Positions 1-9,225 of a DNA stretch of 64,000 nt are shown here, one piece after another. The stretch covers positions 410,002-474,001 of the forward strand of contig CAWIXT010000006.1 in NCBI GenBank assembly GCA_963840165.1, written 5' to 3'. Positions within the stretch are counted from its first letter, which is position 1. Each line of letters begins with the position of its first letter. This DNA is from an uncultured Gemmatimonadales bacterium (GTDB lineage Bacteria; Gemmatimonadota; Gemmatimonadetes; Gemmatimonadales; GWC2-71-9). The notes below the pieces were generated by a model. It had not been told where the DNA came from, did not search any database, and saw only the letters and a program-made list of their open reading frames with translations. A program made the position numbers and the translations under genes.

Positions 1-163
1 TCTGATCGGCCATCCGGCGACGATGACCCACGCATCGGTTCCGCCGGCTATGCGCCAGGCCATGGGCCTGACCGACAGCCTGATACGGCTGAGCTGCGGA
101 GTGGAAGACACCGAAGACCTGATCGGGGATCTGGATCGGGCGCTGCGGGAGAGCGGAAGGTGA
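1..163 (+). CDS. Cystathionine gamma-synthase/lyase family PLP enzyme, 3' end (partial)
   Basis: Manual translation from base 2: LIGHPATMTHASVPPAMRQAMGLTDSLIRLSCGVEDTEDLIGDLDRAL, the typical Cys/Met metabolism PLP enzyme C-terminus; TGA at 161-163. Confidence 0.9.
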   Translation, partial: LIGHPATMTHASVPPAMRQAMGLTDSLIRLSCGVEDTEDLIGDLDRALRESGR

Positions 164-179
164 GGGGTGGGAGGAAAAG

Positions 180-479
180 GGTGAACGGTAAACGGTAAAC
201 GGTGAACGGGGTCGCGGACTAGAGCAGCACGCTTTTCACCGTTCAACGTTGTTTTGATCCGCCCGTCCGTCCCCCCGTTCACCGTTCACCGTTCACCGTT
301 CACCGTTCACCGTTCACCTTTCACCGTTCACCTTTCACCGTTCACCGTTCACCGTTCACCGTTCACCTTTCACCGTTCACCGTTCGCCATTCACCGTTCA
401 CCATTCACCATTCACCATTCACCGTTCACCATTCACCGTTTACCGTTCACCGTTTACCGTTCACCGTTCACTCTTCACT
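180..479. repeat. Inverted heptamer tandem-repeat element: (GGTRAAC)x4 then about 28-29 GTTCACC-like units
   Basis: GGTGAAC/GGTAAAC at 180-207; short reverse patch at 235-247; long GTTCACC/ATTCACC/TTTCACC array at 277-479. Confidence 0.97.
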
Positions 480-490
480 TCGAGTCGTCC

Positions 491-1507
491 ATGAGCACCA
501 CGCTCCCCATCCCACGGCCCCGCACTTCCTTCCCTCAGATCGGAGCGGTGAGCTGGGAGCATCCGGCTGACCGGGCCGCGCTGCAGACCCTCCGTGCGGT
601 GCCCGGAGTGGACGACATGATCCGAAAGGTGCTCGCGATGCTGGGGGGCGAGCGCGGCATACGACTGCTGTTTCAGGGCAACGCGGTACGCGCGGGCGCC
701 TCCCAGTTTCCTCTGTTGTGGCAATTACACACCGAGGTCGCTGCCACCTTCGACTGGCCAGTGGTGCCCGAGCTGTACGTTTCGCAGACGCCGTTCTTCA
801 ACGCCGGCGCGTATGGCATCGACACCCCGTTCATCGTGGTGCATTCGGCCGCGCTCGAGCTGCTCGACGACGATGAGCGCCGGGTCCTGCTCGCGCACGA
901 GATGGGTCACGTGATGAGCGGTCACGCGCTGTATCACACCATCGCCGCCATTCTGGCGATGATGAGCCTCGGGGCTCTTCCCGCGCTGGCTGGGCTCGCG
1001 GTGCTTCCCATTCGTCTCGCCTTTCTCGAATGGTCCCGCAAGTCGGAGCTCTCGGCCGACCGGGCGGGGCTCCTGGGCGGGCAGGACATTGTGGTGGCCC
1101 AGCGGCTGGACATGAAGATGGCGGGCGGCGGACGGGGCAGCGGGTTCGAAGGTCAAATGGACGTCGACTCGTTCATGCGGCAGGCCCACGAGTACGCCGG
1201 AAGCTCGGAAGGGCTCGACGTGGTGTACAAGCTCCTGAGCACGCTGGCGCTGACCCACCCCATGCATACGGTCCGCGCCGCCGAGCTGCAGAAGTGGGTG
1301 GGAACGGGGGAGTACGAACGCATCCTGCGGGGGGAGTACACCCGGCGCGGCTCCGAAACCAAGGAACGGCCGCTGAAGGACGATATGGCCGCGGCGGGAT
1401 CGTACTACGCGGGGGAAGCTCGCGAGCTCGCCACCCAGGTGGCCGAGGTGGCGCGGCGTGCCGCGGCATCGGCGCGGGACGCATTCCGGAACGCCCAGAA
1501 GCCGTGA
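491..1507 (+). CDS. M48 family zinc metallopeptidase
   Basis: HEMGH zinc motif, ELSADR, THP motif, NAGAYG; ATG 491 lies just after the repeat array. Confidence 0.9.
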   Translation: MSTTLPIPRPRTSFPQIGAVSWEHPADRAALQTLRAVPGVDDMIRKVLAMLGGERGIRLLFQGNAVRAGASQFPLLWQLHTEVAATFDWPVVPELYVSQTPFFNAGAYGIDTPFIVVHSAALELLDDDERRVLLAHEMGHVMSGHALYHTIAAILAMMSLGALPALAGLAVLPIRLAFLEWSRKSELSADRAGLLGGQDIVVAQRLDMKMAGGGRGSGFEGQMDVDSFMRQAHEYAGSSEGLDVVYKLLSTLALTHPMHTVRAAELQKWVGTGEYERILRGEYTRRGSETKERPLKDDMAAAGSYYAGEARELATQVAEVARRAAASARDAFRNAQKP

Positions 1508-2817
1508 GGCTCCTAGTGGTCGGCGGCGGCGGACGAGAGCACGCCCTCTGCTGGGCGTTGCGGCGCGAGAATCCTGGAGCCCAACTCTACTGCGCGCCCG
1601 GTAACCCGGGTACCGAGGATCTCGCCACCAATCTCCCCATCGCGGCCGACGATCTGGACCGGATCGCCGATGTGGCCGACATGCATGGGATCGATCTCAC
1701 CATCATAGGCCCTGAGGTGCCCCTGGCTCGCGGGCTGGCAGACCGGCTTCGGGCCGAGGGCCGGCTGGTGTTCGGCCCCGGCGCCGCCGCGGCCCAGCTG
1801 GAGGCCTCAAAGGCGTTCGCCAAGGATGTCATGGAGGCGGCCCGGGTCCCCACCGCGAGCAGCCGGACCTTTACCGACCTGGCCTCCGCCCTGTCCCATG
1901 TGGACCGTCACGCCGAGCCTCTGGTCGTGAAAGCGTCGGGCCTGGCCGCCGGGAAGGGGGCTGTGGTCTGCGCCACTCGGGCGGAGGCCCGGCAGGCGGT
2001 TCGGTCGATGCTGGAAAGCGGCGACTTCGGCCCCGCCGGCCGGACGGTGGTGATCGAGAGCTTCCTCGAAGGAGAGGAGATCTCGGTGCTGGCGCTGACC
2101 GACGGAACCGATATCGAGCTCCTACCTGTCGCCCAGGATCACAAGCGCCTCCTGGAAGGGGACCGGGGCCCGAACACCGGAGGAATGGGTGCGTACAGTC
2201 CCGTCGCCCTGGCCACTCCGGAGCTGCTGGACCGGATCGCGCGCGAGGTGCTGGCGCCGACACTGGAACAGATGCGGCGGCTCAGGACCCCCTTCTCCGG
2301 CGTTCTCTACGCCGGGTTGATGATCGACCCGAGTGGAGAGCCCTGGGTGGTCGAGTTCAACTGCCGCCTGGGCGATCCCGAGGCCCAGGTGGTGTTGCCC
2401 TTGATCTCCGGAGGGCTCACCGACGCCCTTGTCCGGGTAGCGGAAGGAAAGCCACCATCACGTCTGGAAACCACCGGCGCCTCGGCAGTCACCACTGTCC
2501 TCGCGGCCCGGGGCTATCCTGATGCGCCGGAAAAGGGAGCCGAGATCGTGCTCCCGACGGAGCTGCCCGAGGGAGTGACCCTCTTCCATGCCGGCACCGT
2601 CCGCGAAAACGGCCGGCTCAGGGTAAGCGGAGGCAGAGTACTGACCGCCACGGCCCTGGCTCCGACCTTCCCCGAAGCGCAACGGCTGAGTCGGGAGGCG
2701 GCGGAAGCGGTACGATACCAGGGAAAGATCTTCCGGCGTGACATCGGCTGGCGGGAGGCGGCCCGGCTGGACCGGCGCGCCGCGGCGCCGATCCCCTTAG
2801 CCAGTTCTGATGCCTGA
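1504..2817 (+). CDS. purD: Phosphoribosylamine-glycine ligase
   Basis: VRLLVVGGGGREHAL, APGNPG, LEASKAFAK, KASGLAAGKG, QDHKR, GPNTGGMGAY, EFNCRLGDPE; GTG overlaps upstream TGA. Confidence 0.97.
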   Translation: MRLLVVGGGGREHALCWALRRENPGAQLYCAPGNPGTEDLATNLPIAADDLDRIADVADMHGIDLTIIGPEVPLARGLADRLRAEGRLVFGPGAAAAQLEASKAFAKDVMEAARVPTASSRTFTDLASALSHVDRHAEPLVVKASGLAAGKGAVVCATRAEARQAVRSMLESGDFGPAGRTVVIESFLEGEEISVLALTDGTDIELLPVAQDHKRLLEGDRGPNTGGMGAYSPVALATPELLDRIAREVLAPTLEQMRRLRTPFSGVLYAGLMIDPSGEPWVVEFNCRLGDPEAQVVLPLISGGLTDALVRVAEGKPPSRLETTGASAVTTVLAARGYPDAPEKGAEIVLPTELPEGVTLFHAGTVRENGRLRVSGGRVLTATALAPTFPEAQRLSREAAEAVRYQGKIFRRDIGWREAARLDRRAAAPIPLASSDA

Positions 2818-3635
2818 GCTTCCCGAAGTCGAAACCATCGTCCGCGATATCCGCCCTTCCCTTGTCGGCCGCCGCATCGAGCGCGTCAGGCTCAGCCATG
2901 ACGACGTGCTTCGAGGTGTGACTCGGCGCCGGCTGCTGCGCCGCCTGGCCGGCGCCACCATTCGGAGCGTGTCCCGGCGGGCCAAGCACGCCGTGCTCGA
3001 GCTCGACTCGGCGCGCCTGGTCATTCAGCCCGGGATGACGGGGTCGCTCATGGTGCACCACCAGCCGCTGGGTCCCGATGAGGCTAAGTACGCCGTCCTG
3101 CGGGCCGAGCTGGACCGGGGCGAGGAGCTGGTCTATCGCGACGTGCGCCGGCTGGGGACCCTGTTGTTGCTCGATCCCCGGCAGTGGGCCCGGTACGACC
3201 GCCGCGATCGGGCCCGAGCCGCTGGACGATGATTTCACCGCCGAGCAGCTGGGCGAGAGGCTTCGCCGCAGCCGCCAGGCGATCAAGAAAGTGATCATGG
3301 ACCAGCGGCATCTGGCGGGGGTCGGAAACATCTATGCCAATGAGGCCCTCTTCGCCGCGGGCATCGACCCTTCGAAGCCCGCTCACCGGCTCACTCCCGA
3401 GGACCACGTCAGGCTGCATGCGGAGATTCGCCGGATTCTGGCGGCGGCGATCGCCTCCTCCGGGACTACGTTCCGTGACTACCGGACCGGCACCGGGGAG
3501 ACGGGGAACTTCCAGCTGGAGCTTCAGGTCTACGGGCGGGAGGGCGAGCCCTGCCGCGTCTGCGGCACCCGGCTCGCGGGAACCCACACGATAGACGGGC
3601 GGACCACCGTCTTCTGCCATCGGTGTCAGCGATGA
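2810..3635 (+). CDS. mutM: Formamidopyrimidine-DNA glycosylase, one frameshift near 3200 (probable read error)
   Basis: MPELPEVET in one frame; GPEPL, GVGNIYANE and zinc finger CRVC...FCHRCQ in the other; extra base near 3200. Confidence 0.92.
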
Positions 3636-4735
3636 GGGGCCGCGGACGAGGCCAGCGGGTGGCGCCCCTTCCCTCGACTGACCTGGACCAGCTGCGCAAG
3701 CGGATCCGCGCATTGGCGGAGAACCGGCCGGCGGTGTATCAGATGTTCGATGCGTCGGGGCGGGTTCTCTACGTCGGCAAAGCCAAGCGTCTCCGAACCC
3801 GGCTGCTCAGCTATTTCAGGGCGACGTACCCCGACGACAAGGCGGCGCGGATCCTCTATGCGGCCGGCGAGATTCGCTGGGATTATGTGCCGAGTGAGTT
3901 TGCGGCCTACCTGGGAGAGCTGCGGCAGATCCGGAAATACCGTCCCTACTTCAACCACAAGGGCAACCGCACCCGGCGCTCGGTGCTGATCAAGGTTGCG
4001 GGTGGTCCGGCGCCCCGAGTGTACAGCGGCGGGACGGTGACCCGGGACGACGTCCGCTGCTATGGCCCCTTCCAGTCGATGGCCCGGACCCTGGAAGCGG
4101 TGCGCACGCTCAACGATCTGCTGGGCCTCAGGGACTGCCAGCCCACCATGCCGGTGGTGTTTGCCGGGCAAGGTGACCTCTTCGCGGAGCCGCGCCAGGC
4201 CGGCTGCATGCGGCACCAGTTCGGCTTCTGCAGCGGGCCCTGCGCGGGGTACGTCACCGAGTGGGAGTACCGCCGGAAGGTGGACACGGCGATGGCGTTT
4301 TTGGAGGGGCGGACGCTCCAGCCGATGGACCGGGTGGTGGCCTCGATGCAGTCGGCCGCGGAAAACGCGGAGTTCGAGCTGGCGGCGCGCTGGCGCTCCA
4401 AGTTCGAGCAGCTCGAATGGCTGCTGGCGGCCACCAGCCGGGCGCGAACCGCGATTGACCTGCTCACGTTCGTTTATCGTGACGTAGGGGATTTCGGCGA
4501 CGACCGGGTTTACCTGATGCGGCGGGGGGTGGTGCGGGCTTCGTATCCCTACCCTGCTACTCCGATCGAGCACGAGGCGTTCCGGGGGGTGGTGGCCGCA
4601 GAGATGAGCCAGCCTCCTGCGCCTGCCGGGCCGCTGCCGCTGGAGTCGATAGACGAGGTGTTGCTCATGATGTCGTGGTTTCGGGCCCATCCCGAGGCGC
4701 TGCGCCGGACGACGCCGTACGAACAGTGGATGTGA
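3632..4735 (+). CDS. GIY-YIG nuclease with UVR domain (UvrC N-terminal/Cho-like)
   Basis: PAVYQM...LYVGKAKRLRTRLLSYF, YGPF, Cys cluster C..CMRHQFGFCSGPC, AEFELAARWR; ATGA overlap with mutM. Confidence 0.85.
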   Translation: MRGRGRGQRVAPLPSTDLDQLRKRIRALAENRPAVYQMFDASGRVLYVGKAKRLRTRLLSYFRATYPDDKAARILYAAGEIRWDYVPSEFAAYLGELRQIRKYRPYFNHKGNRTRRSVLIKVAGGPAPRVYSGGTVTRDDVRCYGPFQSMARTLEAVRTLNDLLGLRDCQPTMPVVFAGQGDLFAEPRQAGCMRHQFGFCSGPCAGYVTEWEYRRKVDTAMAFLEGRTLQPMDRVVASMQSAAENAEFELAARWRSKFEQLEWLLAATSRARTAIDLLTFVYRDVGDFGDDRVYLMRRGVVRASYPYPATPIEHEAFRGVVAAEMSQPPAPAGPLPLESIDEVLLMMSWFRAHPEALRRTTPYEQWM

Positions 4736-4801
4736 GGAGCAGCACCCTACTTAAACTGCTGCTCCTCATCTGGTAGCGACCACCCTAAATCCTGACGTCC
4801 G

Positions 4802-5161
4802 ATGCCCCTCTCTGTTGGCCTGGCTACCGAATGGCGGCACAAGGTGTTTGTCGGCTATGTGCTGGTCATGATTCTTGTATTCCTGCTGCCGGTACCATCG
4901 ACCCCACTGGAGGGATTCGATTACTTCGACAAACTGGTCCATTTTGGAATTTTCCTGGGGTTTGCCCTCCTCTTCTATCTAGACCGGCATCGGGGGTCGT
5001 GGAGGACGTTCCTGATCGCGACCGCATTCGCGGGTGGCACTGAGCTGCTTCAGGGGATCCTGCCGTACCGCGAGGGTGACTGGCTGGATTTCGTTGCTGG
5101 AGCAGCAGGTGCCGGCTGCGGCGCCGCTCTCGCCCACGCAGCTAGAAGATCCTATAGATGA
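4802..5161 (+). CDS. VanZ family membrane protein
   Basis: DKLVHFGIF, TELLQGILPYREGDWLD motifs; hydrophobic. Confidence 0.85.
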   Translation: MPLSVGLATEWRHKVFVGYVLVMILVFLLPVPSTPLEGFDYFDKLVHFGIFLGFALLFYLDRHRGSWRTFLIATAFAGGTELLQGILPYREGDWLDFVAGAAGAGCGAALAHAARRSYR

Positions 5162-5270
5162 ACGGCGCCAGAACCGAGCCCTGCGCGGACACAAGGAGCG
5201 CTCCGAGTAGTAGCATCAACACGATGATGGGCAGGAGCCACCACTTCTTGCGGACCCGGACGGAATGCTC
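5142..5270 (-). pseudogene. DUF5989-like small membrane protein remnant
   Basis: RVRKKWWLLPIIVLMLLLGALLVSAQGSVLAPFIYRIF matches the family C-terminal pattern; no plausible in-frame N-terminus. Confidence 0.7.
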
Positions 5271-5537
5271 ACCGTTTCGGCCAAGCCTCACGGAGTGGGA
5301 GAATACTTGCAGTCGCAGACTGACATTTGCACTGCCAGATCTTGCCGACACCAAGGACCATCGTCGTGCGTTTTTGAGTCACTGCCAAAATGCTGACGAT
5401 TGCTTCCCTTCCGAGTAGCTATTAGCTAGCGAATAGCCTCAAGCTTCGCTCTCACACTGCTTCCTGTTTGTCTTACCCCAAGACCCGGCACCTCCGAAGT
5501 CACGGGGGTGACGGGCTCGCGTTCAAGGGGGTTACTT

Positions 5538-7283
5538 ATGAACTACACGTTTAAGCTATCCCGCCGTTTGTCCGTTCTTTGGCCGAGATGCGAGTACGCC
5601 ATGTCCGCAAGTCTGATATTTGGATTCATGCTTGCGTGTACACCCGCGGATAGCACGCTCGAGCCGGCCCCAACTGTTACACAGCTTATCATAAGTCCTG
5701 AGACAACCACCGTGGTGCCTGGAGTTCCGGAACAGTTCACAACTTCCGGGCTGCTGAGCGATGGGACCGCTACGCCAGTATCTGTTGACTTCACCGCCAC
5801 CGGTGGAACCATTACGGTCGATGGAACGTACACCGCAGACTCGATTCTAGGCGACTACCAAGTCACCGCACGGATGGCTAATGGGCTCAGGAGTACGGCG
5901 GCCGTGAAGGTCGACAAGATCAGGCCCACCCTTCCGGTCTCGGCCACCCCGCAGTGGACCGTACACGATGACGGCCTGTTCGTGACGGTTGAGGGGCCAG
6001 TGCTCCGAGTCAAATTCGCGTATGGAGGTACAGGAGCCGGCGGGTGGTTTAAGGGAGGTGGAGGCAGTGACGGTGGTATCGCGGAACTATACCACAAGCC
6101 GACTTCACCCACGCGGAACCTGATCTTCCGCAATGGGGTCTGGGGAGGAGGCCGGGATCAACTCGACTTTTTCCAGGCTGAGACGCTTTCCGTAGCGGTC
6201 GCGGACTACACCGTACCTGACTTCTTGTCAGGCATACATGCGGTCCTGAACAGTCACCGAACTTGGGAGAGCGGTGGTCGGCTCTTTGCCGAGTTTGACT
6301 TTCAGTTCCAAGCCTGGCGTATCGTTCGTACCTACATTCTGTATCCGTGGGGAGACCTGACTGTTCACGCCAGGGTAACACTCACGCACCCCGGCCGGTG
6401 GAACTATCTGGGGCACACATTTCAATTCGCCGCCAGCCCCTACACCGTCCTCAATGGACAGTCGTACGACTGGGGCAGTAATTACCAGAACGACGGAGAG
6501 TCCTTCCATGCCTGGTCGGACGGCTACGGTATCAATGGGGGCTCGACCGGCACCGGTCACTACGAGTACAAAAAGGTCATCACCCAGGGCCTGAACCTGA
6601 ACTCGGCAATAGCCGATTTTGGCCGCTCTGACCAGTACTCCGGCTTCATGATCGACGACGCGAATGGCAATGACCCTGACATCATCGTGATGAATGGTGA
6701 CTCGACTACCTGGCATTCTCCCTTCGATTTAATAGCCAGACAGGTCGGGGGAAGATCATACGTCGAAACTGGCATCTTCACTCCAGCGTATACCAGCCCT
6801 TTGCGCACCTTCGTCGGTACCAATTGGTTCTATGCGACCCTGCCCCCCTGCTGCCCGCCCAACTACAGCAGCCCGATGTATTGGCCAGCGTCAGTCGGTA
6901 CGTGGGAAGAGGTGTTTCATGTGCTGCTCAGACGCAATCTGCTGCCGTCCGACTATCTACGTCTGTGGGAGGCCCGTGCAAGAAAGCTTGGTCAAATTGT
7001 TCCAGTGCCAAAGATTGGGCTCTCCCAGGTTCGCCTCGATCCGCTTGACCGCGTGTACCATCTCACGGCAAATGCCGGTGCCCAAAGTGTTCAGTTCCAG
7101 TGGACAGGACCATCTTCCGGCACAGCCTTCGTGGTCGAGAACTTCGAGCCCTCATTAGTAGGAGTGACTGGAGGCAAGAATGCAACGGTTCAGGCCTACT
7201 TCACCGCAGCTGATCGCAGGACTCTGGTAGCACTATCCGGCGGTGACGCAGCGGGGACGTACACATTGACCCTGAATAGATAG
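5538..7283 (+). CDS. Secreted/lipoprotein with N-terminal Ig-like domain and uncharacterised beta-rich domain
   Basis: ATG 5538 after AAGGGGG; LIFGFMLAC lipobox-like; LIISPETTTVVPG...FTATGGTITVDGTYTA Ig-like pattern; W/Y/G-rich remainder. Confidence 0.7.
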   Translation: MNYTFKLSRRLSVLWPRCEYAMSASLIFGFMLACTPADSTLEPAPTVTQLIISPETTTVVPGVPEQFTTSGLLSDGTATPVSVDFTATGGTITVDGTYTADSILGDYQVTARMANGLRSTAAVKVDKIRPTLPVSATPQWTVHDDGLFVTVEGPVLRVKFAYGGTGAGGWFKGGGGSDGGIAELYHKPTSPTRNLIFRNGVWGGGRDQLDFFQAETLSVAVADYTVPDFLSGIHAVLNSHRTWESGGRLFAEFDFQFQAWRIVRTYILYPWGDLTVHARVTLTHPGRWNYLGHTFQFAASPYTVLNGQSYDWGSNYQNDGESFHAWSDGYGINGGSTGTGHYEYKKVITQGLNLNSAIADFGRSDQYSGFMIDDANGNDPDIIVMNGDSTTWHSPFDLIARQVGGRSYVETGIFTPAYTSPLRTFVGTNWFYATLPPCCPPNYSSPMYWPASVGTWEEVFHVLLRRNLLPSDYLRLWEARARKLGQIVPVPKIGLSQVRLDPLDRVYHLTANAGAQSVQFQWTGPSSGTAFVVENFEPSLVGVTGGKNATVQAYFTAADRRTLVALSGGDAAGTYTLTLNR

Positions 7284-7463
7284 GAATAGAGTGTCGCGGG
7301 ATCCGCGTAGCCGGCTGTGAAGGCCTATTCTTCTGGCCGGGCTCTGGAGGTCTATTCTTCTTGAGGCCTCTAGATCCATCCCGGCGGAGAGAAGCATTCG
7401 GTTGGATTGTTTCTCCAGGAACTTTTCTGCGTGCCCGTGCGACAGTGCGAGTCTTTGTGGCGA

Positions 7464-8370
7464 CTAGTACCTCAGTCCTATAACAGGCCCCGTGCGGAAA
7501 CTGTCACCGCAGGCCAGCCACCTGCCTTCTGCTATGGGGTGGGGATCGATATGATGAATCCGCTTCTGCCTGGTACGAGTAGATCGCTGAATCGGATCTT
7601 CCTCGGCCTCCACCTCGCCGTATGTCGAGGTGGTTAGTTCCACGATCTCGAACGCCCGGAGCCGCCCACCGTACTCTCGCCGGCAATCCTGCGCGTATCG
7701 AACAACGCGCCCATCAAATACAACAACCCTACCGCCAGGACGTGCGATACTCGGATCCCCGCTCACTATTGGACTGTGGGGATGCTCGACCCAGGGGCCC
7801 GTGATAAGCTCGGCGTAGAACAGGCGGAGGATGTCATTGGCCGTCGCCGACGTGTACATCCACCAGAGGTCCCTGAAGCGAAACACTGAGGAATCCACGT
7901 ACTGCTCTCCCGTCCGCAGCTCTTTCACAAATTCCCACTTTGTCGGGAAATCGAGAGCTCTGTAGAGCCGGATCGACTCCGCTTCAAAGCTTTCAGGAAT
8001 CATGTAACTCTCCATCCTGCCACTTAAATACGTACGGATACGACAGATGGAACGGCTCTGCCAGGACCACGCGTTGATACTTCCACTGGTATCCATTACT
8101 ACTTGTCGCCAGCGCAATCTCGCCGCGCTGGGAACCGCGGTTGAGGGCCTCGAAAAACATGAACCAGGTGCCTCCGGCCCGCAGCATAAACGGGTCGGCC
8201 ACGAAGTAGGCCCGAATATCAGTAACATCATTGGCAGTAATAACAGGATTGCGTACAGCGGGAGGCGTAGAAAACCTGAACGGTGTAGTCCCGACGTAAA
8301 TATCGATCTCCCAACTACCCTGCTTCTTTATAAACGGCACCCCGTGTGTCGCCCACCGGCGCCCTAGCAT
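7464..8370 (-). CDS. GINT1-N-like (GH43-like beta-propeller) protein, frameshift near 8008
   Basis: FVADPF, FFE, HLSYPYVF in ORF 7993-8475; YMIPES, ARPGG, HHID in ORF 7464-8231; frames join at DGE/YMIPE. Confidence 0.75.
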
Positions 8371-8446
8371 GATCTTGCCTGCTGACCAGATAGGTTGGCC
8401 TCCGCACCAGCACGCACCAACGCTGCGAGAGATGACAAGTTGTCTC

Positions 8447-9220
8447 TTAGCTTTCTCGGATGGCTCTAACCGCAATCAGAACCTCGTAGTCAGGATCACG
8501 CCTGGACAGTTCCTCGGCTCCCAGATCCTCAGCTGCCAATCCGTGGAGAAAAGCGGTGGCTGAACCAAGATTACCATATGCCTCCACGGTGATTTCAGAG
8601 GGCAGGAATGCCGTCATGAAGAGCCGCCTTGCCGCCAGGCTGGTAAACCGCCAGTAATCTCCCCATCGCTCCATATCATATCGGCTGATAGGGGCGAGAC
8701 CCGGCAGTGTCGCCAGCAGTACACCTCGTTTCTTCAGGATGCGTCGCAACGTCACTAGAGCGGCTTGGACATCGAAGATCATCTGCAGGGTTTGCGTCAA
8801 GAGGATACAGTCGAAGCTCTCAGATGGTACATGGCCTGCATTGGTCAGGTCTGCGACGATCGTGGCTTCAGGATTGCCGGCGATAGCGTTCAGGACATCA
8901 GAGCTCTTCACACGGCCTGACCCGAAACGTTCGGTGTACCGTGCGTCGCCGATTTCAAGTACCCTGCCCTGAATATCCGGTGCAAAGCTCTCAAGGAACT
9001 TCTCGATGTAGAAGCGATCTACTGGCCTGCCCTCCAGTCCGAGCAGTGGGCTTGACGGGGATACTCGATGGGTAGCACCGATGCCGAAGGGCCAGCCTAT
9101 CAAGCGCCGGCGCAGCGAGCGCCGTGCAGACTCCGGCAGAACCGCTCTGAGTCCGGCCGCAAACCAGGCCCGCGCACCGCCCGTTGTTGTTGATACACCA
9201 CCTGACGGGTCCGTTAACAC
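8447..9220 (-). CDS. Class I SAM-dependent methyltransferase
   Basis: PVDRFYIEKFL, GRVLEIGD, FDCILLTQTLQ, DYWRFT. Confidence 0.85.
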   Translation of the reverse strand: MLTDPSGGVSTTTGGARAWFAAGLRAVLPESARRSLRRRLIGWPFGIGATHRVSPSSPLLGLEGRPVDRFYIEKFLESFAPDIQGRVLEIGDARYTERFGSGRVKSSDVLNAIAGNPEATIVADLTNAGHVPSESFDCILLTQTLQMIFDVQAALVTLRRILKKRGVLLATLPGLAPISRYDMERWGDYWRFTSLAARRLFMTAFLPSEITVEAYGNLGSATAFLHGLAAEDLGAEELSRRDPDYEVLIAVRAIRES

Positions 9221-9225
9221 ACAAC

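Noticed and set aside
277..479. CRISPR array or telomere-like end
   Set aside because: 7-nt contiguous units without unique spacers, no cas genes, internal position
254..490. N-terminal extension of the M48 ORF (SPFTVHR repeats)
   Set aside because: Translation of the heptamer array; family-like sequence begins after ATG 491
1030..1503. Long N-terminal extension of purD
   Set aside because: Overlaps the M48 gene in another frame; PurD motif starts at GTG 1504
3190..3210. Programmed frameshift in mutM
   Set aside because: No slippery heptamer; a single extra base fits the read-error pattern seen elsewhere
7275..7365. Short repeats CTATTCTTCT x2 and GAATAG x2 in the convergent gap
   Set aside because: Too short and few to assign as att sites or operators
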